64,000 nucleotides of DNA, taken from assembly GCA_963828735.1 (NCBI GenBank), contig CAWHFW010000005.1:2144001-2208000 (forward strand), in the 5' to 3' direction. A program made the translations under genes and the position numbers. This DNA is from an uncultured Gemmatimonadales bacterium. GTDB taxonomy: Bacteria; Gemmatimonadota; Gemmatimonadetes; Gemmatimonadales; GWC2-71-9. Below the pieces are notes generated by a model. The model had not been told where the DNA came from. It ran no database searches and worked only from the letters and a program-made list of their open reading frames with translations. Of this stretch, positions 61,579 to 64,000 are shown piece after piece (positions within the stretch are counted from its first letter, which is position 1; each line of letters starts with the position of its first letter).

Positions 61579-62781
61579 TCAGTGCGACGGCCGGCTCGTC
61601 GGCGCGGAGACCAGCGCTGCGTCCGGCGGATCGAGTCTCGCGGAGAACGCCCATCCCCCCGTGCACTCGATGACGGCGAAGATCACCTGATTCCTGCCCC
61701 GCTTGAGCGGCAGGTAGACCGCATCTCCCACTCTGGCCATGACCCCGATGCCCCTCAGCCCGCCGGGATTCATCGCAAAGGCGAGCGGCCGGCCGTTGAG
61801 GTAGATGACGGCGCCATTGCTGTAGGCGTACTGCATGCGGCGGATCTCGTCCTTGGCGGCGGTGATCGTCGTCCGCGCGTATACGATCCGTGAGTCAGCG
61901 AGCTTCCCCGTCATCACGCTGTCCGTCAGCACCGCGCCCGCGCTGTCCCTCGGCACGCCGCCGACCGGCGCTTCCCGGTAGCGGTTGATCAGCACGAACC
62001 CTTCGGGTTCGGCCTGGACCCGCTGCCAGGTGAGCCGGCCGAGGTCGGGTAGTGCCGTCGGTATGAAGTCGGCGGCCTCGATCGCGTCGGAGATCTCCCA
62101 GTCGAGCATCGTCCCCGGCGGTGGGGCGGGGACGGCCGGGTCGGTGGAAGATCGCGGCGAGGCCGCGTACCGGACGTTCGAGAAGTAGGCGCCGCGCCCG
62201 AAGGCACCCGTCCAGACGCCAAGGCCCGCGCCGCCAGACGTTACCAGTCGCGGCACCACGAGCGTCGGAGTCGTCGTCGTATCCACGAAGAGCCGGGCGA
62301 CGGGTCCGTCCAGCTCCACGCGCACGTGGACCCACCGATTTCGCGGGATCTCGGCGACGGCATTGGCGCCGTCTCCGTGATAGACCTGCCACGCGACGCC
62401 AAGGCTGTTGAAGGCCGGGCCGTACTGCACGGCTTCCTCCGTGCCGCTGGCTCCCGGGCGCAGGAAGACGACGTTGGCGAACCGGGGCGACGTGGCGCGG
62501 AACGCCACTCCAAGGAAATTGGTGGTGTCGCTGGCCGCCACGTCGAGGTCAAGCGTGCCGTTCTCCATCGCCGCCCCACGCACCAGGGCCACACCCCGGT
62601 TGATGTAGAGGGCGGGTCGGCCCAGGTACGACACCGACCGGATGCTGTCGGTCGCCGTCCAGGCGTCGGGTGAAAGCGGAACGACCCCACTCTGGGCCGC
62701 GAGGGGCCCGCTGCTGGTCTGCGCGACGGCGAGCAGGATCGCGGCCATGACGGCGTGGGAGCGTCGGGCGCGGTGCGTCAT
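61579..62781 (-). CDS. Secreted two-domain paralog of the 60850-61545 protein
   Basis: NGTLDLDVA, FLGVAFR, FLRP, AVQY; extra C-terminal domain ending LKRGRNQVIFAV..GGW. Confidence 0.75.
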   Translation of the reverse strand: MTHRARRSHAVMAAILLAVAQTSSGPLAAQSGVVPLSPDAWTATDSIRSVSYLGRPALYINRGVALVRGAAMENGTLDLDVAASDTTNFLGVAFRATSPRFANVVFLRPGASGTEEAVQYGPAFNSLGVAWQVYHGDGANAVAEIPRNRWVHVRVELDGPVARLFVDTTTTPTLVVPRLVTSGGAGLGVWTGAFGRGAYFSNVRYAASPRSSTDPAVPAPPPGTMLDWEISDAIEAADFIPTALPDLGRLTWQRVQAEPEGFVLINRYREAPVGGVPRDSAGAVLTDSVMTGKLADSRIVYARTTITAAKDEIRRMQYAYSNGAVIYLNGRPLAFAMNPGGLRGIGVMARVGDAVYLPLKRGRNQVIFAVIECTGGWAFSARLDPPDAALVSAPTSRPSH

Positions 62782-62997
62782 CGTGCCCCTCGTCGGGAAC
62801 GCGGGCGGAGCGCTGAAGTGATGCGGGACCATTTCCGGACGAAGCGTCGCTCGGAAAGGTGTCAGGGCCGACTTGAGTCGGCCTCGTCCAGGGGCATATT
62901 GCTACCATGCGCCGGGCTTTCGTTCGCGTGCCCGGCCGTTGCGCGCGCGCCGCTCGTCGCGCCTGCGCTGAGCACACTGGAAGTCGAGGGCACGTCC

Positions 62998-63468
62998 GTG
63001 AGCGTGAGACCCGCCGAAGGAGCCGAGCTCGATCACCTGGCGAGGGTCTGGTACGACGGCTGGCAGGATGCCCATGCGCGCATCATGCCCGCCGAGCTGG
63101 CCCGGATGCGCACCCTCCAGAGCTTCCGTGAGCGGCTCGAGGCCGCGCTTCCGGACGTGAGGGTCGTGGGGCCGTTCCCGACGCCTGTTGGCTTCTGCAT
63201 CGTGAAGGGCGACGAGCTCTATCAGCTTTACGTCTCCGGCGAGGCGCGGGGCTCGGGCGCCGCGGCCACCCTCGTGGCCGACGCGGAAGGTCGGCTCGCG
63301 GCGCGCGGCGTCGAGACCGCTTGGCTCGCGTGCGCCATCGGCAACGACCGGGCCGCGCGGTTCTACGAGAAGTGTGGATGGCGCCGGGTCGGGACGGTGG
63401 CCTACCAGCCGGACGCCGCGGACGGAGCCGCGCTCGACGTCTGGCGCTACGAGAAACGAATGCGATAG
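62998..63468 (+). CDS. GNAT family N-acetyltransferase
   Basis: ELYQLYV...RGSG.A, LACAIGNDRAARFYEKCGW. Confidence 0.9.
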   Translation: MSVRPAEGAELDHLARVWYDGWQDAHARIMPAELARMRTLQSFRERLEAALPDVRVVGPFPTPVGFCIVKGDELYQLYVSGEARGSGAAATLVADAEGRLAARGVETAWLACAIGNDRAARFYEKCGWRRVGTVAYQPDAADGAALDVWRYEKRMR

Positions 63469-63532
63469 TCTCTTGTCCGATCGACGATGACCGATGACGG
63501 ATGACTCCCGAATCACCCGATCCCGCTGACCC

Positions 63533-64000
63533 ATGCCCCGACCGACGGTCCCCGCGTTCTTCCTGCTCGCGCTGCTTGCCACCCTGGGACGGGCACAGGC
63601 CGAGCCGCGGTACGTGATCTATCTCCACGCACGGATCATCGAGGACAGCGGCGGCCGTCGCCCCACCGATCGCGCCTTCGGCACCTACGAGTACGACGCG
63701 ATCCTGGACAGCCTGCGGCACGCGGGCTTCGTGGTCCTAAGCGATCAACGCCCGCCCAGGACCGACTCGGACTCCTTCGCGACGCACGTCGCACGGCAGG
63801 TGGACAGCCTCCTTGGGCGTGGCGTCTCGCCGCGGGCGATCACCGTCATCGGGTTCTCCAAAGGCGGGTGGATCGCGATCCTGGCCTCGTCCCGCCTGCG
63901 GAACCCCGCGATCTCCTTCGTGCTCATGGGGGCGTGCGGACCCTGGGCCTTCGAGCGGCCCGATCTTCATGTGACCGGGCGCTTGTTGTCCCTGTACGAA
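63533..64000 (+). CDS. Secreted alpha/beta hydrolase-fold protein (runs off the window end)
   Basis: Manual translation: signal peptide, YVIYLHARIIED, ITVIGFSKGG nucleophile elbow. Confidence 0.8.
   Translation, partial: MPRPTVPAFFLLALLATLGRAQAEPRYVIYLHARIIEDSGGRRPTDRAFGTYEYDAILDSLRHAGFVVLSDQRPPRTDSDSFATHVARQVDSLLGRGVSPRAITVIGFSKGGWIAILASSRLRNPAISFVLMGACGPWAFERPDLHVTGRLLSLYE

Noticed and set aside
1..64000. tRNA, rRNA, transposase, integrase or phage genes
   Set aside because: None recognised by eye; a covariance-model scan would be needed to exclude small RNAs.

Overview
GC-rich (about 70% by eye) bacterial chromosomal window, most likely Gemmatimonadota. This is inferred from several Hanks-type kinases with 'ALADRY..E.ELG.GGMATVYL' N-termini and TolB/TPR tails, and from many lipoproteins. 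It holds about 60 CDS: five Ser/Thr kinase-like genes (one a pseudokinase), a MASE1-PAS histidine kinase, a detox-type cluster (alpha/beta hydrolases, VOC, RidA, PfpI, cupins), two tripartite efflux operons, phosphoesterases, GNATs, glycosyltransferases and msrA. No rRNA, tRNA, CRISPR or IS element was seen. Single-base frameshifts cluster at 7.3-17 kb and 57.5-59.6 kb, so those stretches are either assembly errors or decaying genes, and several genes look truncated or fused. The main finding is an unannotated two-gene locus at 57302-60039 that resembles a highly divergent copper-membrane-monooxygenase (pMMO/AMO-like) system. Gene 1 carries two motifs with the spacing of the PmoC CuC and CuD ligand sets, followed by a PmoA-like segment. 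Gene 2 has PmoB-like topology: signal peptide, predicted N-terminal His, two central TM helices and His-rich soluble domains. All family assignments come from motif recognition; no database search was run.
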